64,000 nucleotides of DNA from Pristiophorus japonicus (taxonomy: Eukaryota), in NCBI RefSeq assembly GCF_044704955.1, contig NC_091980.1, forward strand, positions 128,092,001 to 128,156,000, given 5' to 3'. The position numbers and the translations under genes were made by a program. The notes under the pieces are model-generated. The model was not told the DNA's origin. It searched no databases and saw nothing but the letters and a program-made list of their open reading frames with translations. Of this stretch, positions 61,534 through 64,000 are shown one piece after another (position 1 is the first letter of the stretch; every line of letters begins with the position of its first letter).

Positions 61534-64000
61534 CTGCAAATTTTGTTCCACTACACTTTGTCCCCTCTTCCAGGTCATCTACGTATATTGTAAACAGTTG
61601 TGGTCGCAGCACCGATCCCTGTGGCACACGACTAACCACCGATTTCCAACCCGAAAAGGACCCATTTATCCGACTCTCTGTTTTCTGTTAGCCAGCCAAT
61701 TCTCTATCCATGCTAATACATTTCCTCTGACTCCGCGTACCTTTATCTTCTGCAGTAACCTTTTGTGTGGCACCTTATCGAATGCCTTTTGGAAATCTAA
61801 ATACACCACATCCATCGGTACACCTCTAGCCACCATGCTCGTTATATCCTCAAAGAATTCCAGCAAATTAGTTAAACATGATTTCCCCTTCATGAATCCA
61901 TGCTGCGTCTGCTTGATTGCACTTTTCCTATCTAGATGTCCTGCTATTTCTTCCTTAATGATAGCTTCAAGCATTTTCCCCACTACAGATGTTAAACTAA
62001 CTGGCCTATAGTTACCTGCCTTTTGTCTGCCCCCTTTTTTAAAAAGAGGCGTTACATTAGCTGCTTTCCAAGCCACTGGTCCCTCCCCAGAGTCCAGAGA
62101 ATTTTAGTAGATTATAACGAATGCATCTGCTATAACTTCTGTCATCTCTTTTAATACCCTGGGATGCATTTCATCAGGACCAGGGGACTTGCCTACCTTG
62201 AGTCCCATTAGCCTGTCCAGCACTACCCTGCTAGTGATAGTGATTGTCTCGAGGTCCTCCCTTCCCACATTCCTGTGACCAGCAATTTTTGGCATGGTTT
62301 TTGTGTCTTCCACTGTGAAGACCGAAGCAAAATAATTGTTTAAGGTCTCAGCCATTTCCACATTTCCCATTATTAAATCTCCCTTCTCATCCTCTAAGGG
62401 ACCAACATTTAGTTTAGTCACTCTTTTCCGTTTTATATATCGGTAAAAGCTTTTACTACCTGTTTTTATGTTTTGCGCAAGTTTACTTTCATAATCTATC
62501 TTTCCTTTCTTTTTGCTTTCTTAGTCATTCTTTGCTGTCGTTTAAAATTTTCCCAACCTTCTAGTTTCCCACTAACCTTGGCCACCTTATATGCATTGGT
62601 TTTTAATTTGATACTCTCCTTTATTTCCTTGGTTATCCATGGCTGGTTATCCCTTCTCTTATCACCCTTCTTTTTCACCGGAATATATTTTTGTTGAGCA
62701 CTATGAAAGAGCTCCCTAAAAGTCCTCCACTGTTCCTCAATTGTGCCACGTTTAGTCTGTGTTTCCAGTCTACTTTAGCCAACTCTGCCCTCATCCCACT
62801 GTAGTCCCCTTTGTTTAAGCATAGTACGCTCGTTTCTGACACAACTTCCTCACCCTCAATCTGTATTACAAATTCAACCATACTGTGATCACTCATTCCG
62901 AGAGGATCTTTTACTAGGAGATCGTTTATTATTCCTGTCTCATTACACAGGACCAGATCTAAGATCGCTTGCTCCCTTGTAGGTTCTGTAACATACTGTT
63001 CTAAGAAACAATCCCGTATGCATTCAATGAATTCCTCCTCAAGGCTACCCCGTGCGATTTGATTTGACGAATCGATAGTAGGTTAAAATCCCCCATGATT
63101 ACTGCCATTCCTTTTTCACATGCCTCCATTATTCCCTTGATTATTGCCCGCCCCACCGTGAAGTTATTATTTGGGGGCCTATAAACTACGCCCATCAGTG
63201 ACTTTTTCCCCTTACTATCTCCAATCTCCACCCACAATGATTCAACATTTTGTTCATTAGAGCCAATATCGTCTCTCACAACTGCCCTGATATCTTCCTT
63301 TATTAACAGAGCTACCCCACCTCCTTTCCCTTCTTGTCTATCTTTCCGAATTGTCAGATACCCCTGTATGTTTAATTCCCAGTCTTGGCCACCCTGCAAC
63401 ACGTTTCTGTAATGGCCACCAAATCATACCCAATTTTAATGATTTGTGCCGTCAACTCTTTTATTTATTTTGAATGCTCCATGCGTTTAGGTAGAGTGTT
63501 TTAATACTAGTTTATAAACCATGATTTTTAGTGTTGACCCCTCCTGCAGCCCCTTTATATTCATACATATTGTCCCTTCCTATCACCTTGTGGTTTACAC
63601 TTACCCCAGTGCTACTCTGCTCTGTTGCCTCCTGCCTTTTGCATTCTTTCTTGGGGTCCTGTTCATCTGAGCTCTCACCCACTCTAACTAGCTCAGAGCC
63701 CTCTCCTGTGTTCCGAATACTCCTCGCATTGAGGCACAGAGCTTTCAGGCTTGCCTTTTTATTACACTTTGATCATTTAGAATTTTGCTGTACAGTGGCC
63801 CTTTTTGTTTTTTGCCTTGGGTTACTCTGCCCTCCACTTTGACTCATCTCCTTTCTGTCTTTTGCTTTTCTCTACTTTTGTTTCCCTCTGTCACCCTGCA
63901 TTGGTTCCCATTCCCCTGCCATATTAGTTTAACTCCTTCCCAATAGCACCAGCAAAGACTCCCCCTCGGACATTGGTTCCGGTCCTGCCCAGGTGCAGAC
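61534..64000 (-). mobile_element. CR1 LINE ORF2 (APE to RT), cut at KFA(DD); runs beyond the window
   Basis: GVVYRPPN, KSPGPDEMHPRVLKE, NYRPVSLTS, DFQKAFDKVPH, QGSVL. Confidence 0.92.

Overview
Vertebrate genomic DNA, very likely a cartilaginous fish (inferred from HE1/HER1-like and SacSINE-like repeats). The only host protein-coding genes form a minus-strand tandem array of four 4-exon H/M-type ferritin genes (176 aa). Three have intact reading frames and the fourth is frameshifted. Shared transposon insertions indicate an A-B-A-B duplication history. None of the four shows a canonical iron-responsive element. The rest is dense transposon sequence: four Gypsy LTR elements (one nested in another), two solo LTRs, CR1/HER1/RTE LINEs, Penelope remnants with a hammerhead-ribozyme motif, SINEs and Harbinger-type MITEs. 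Near the right end lies an unusual composite. An intron-containing tRNA-Arg(TCT) copy is fused to a Tx1 3' tail, followed by a young endonuclease-less Tx1 element whose ORF1 is fused in frame to its reverse transcriptase. Family names come from motif recognition only; no database searches were run.
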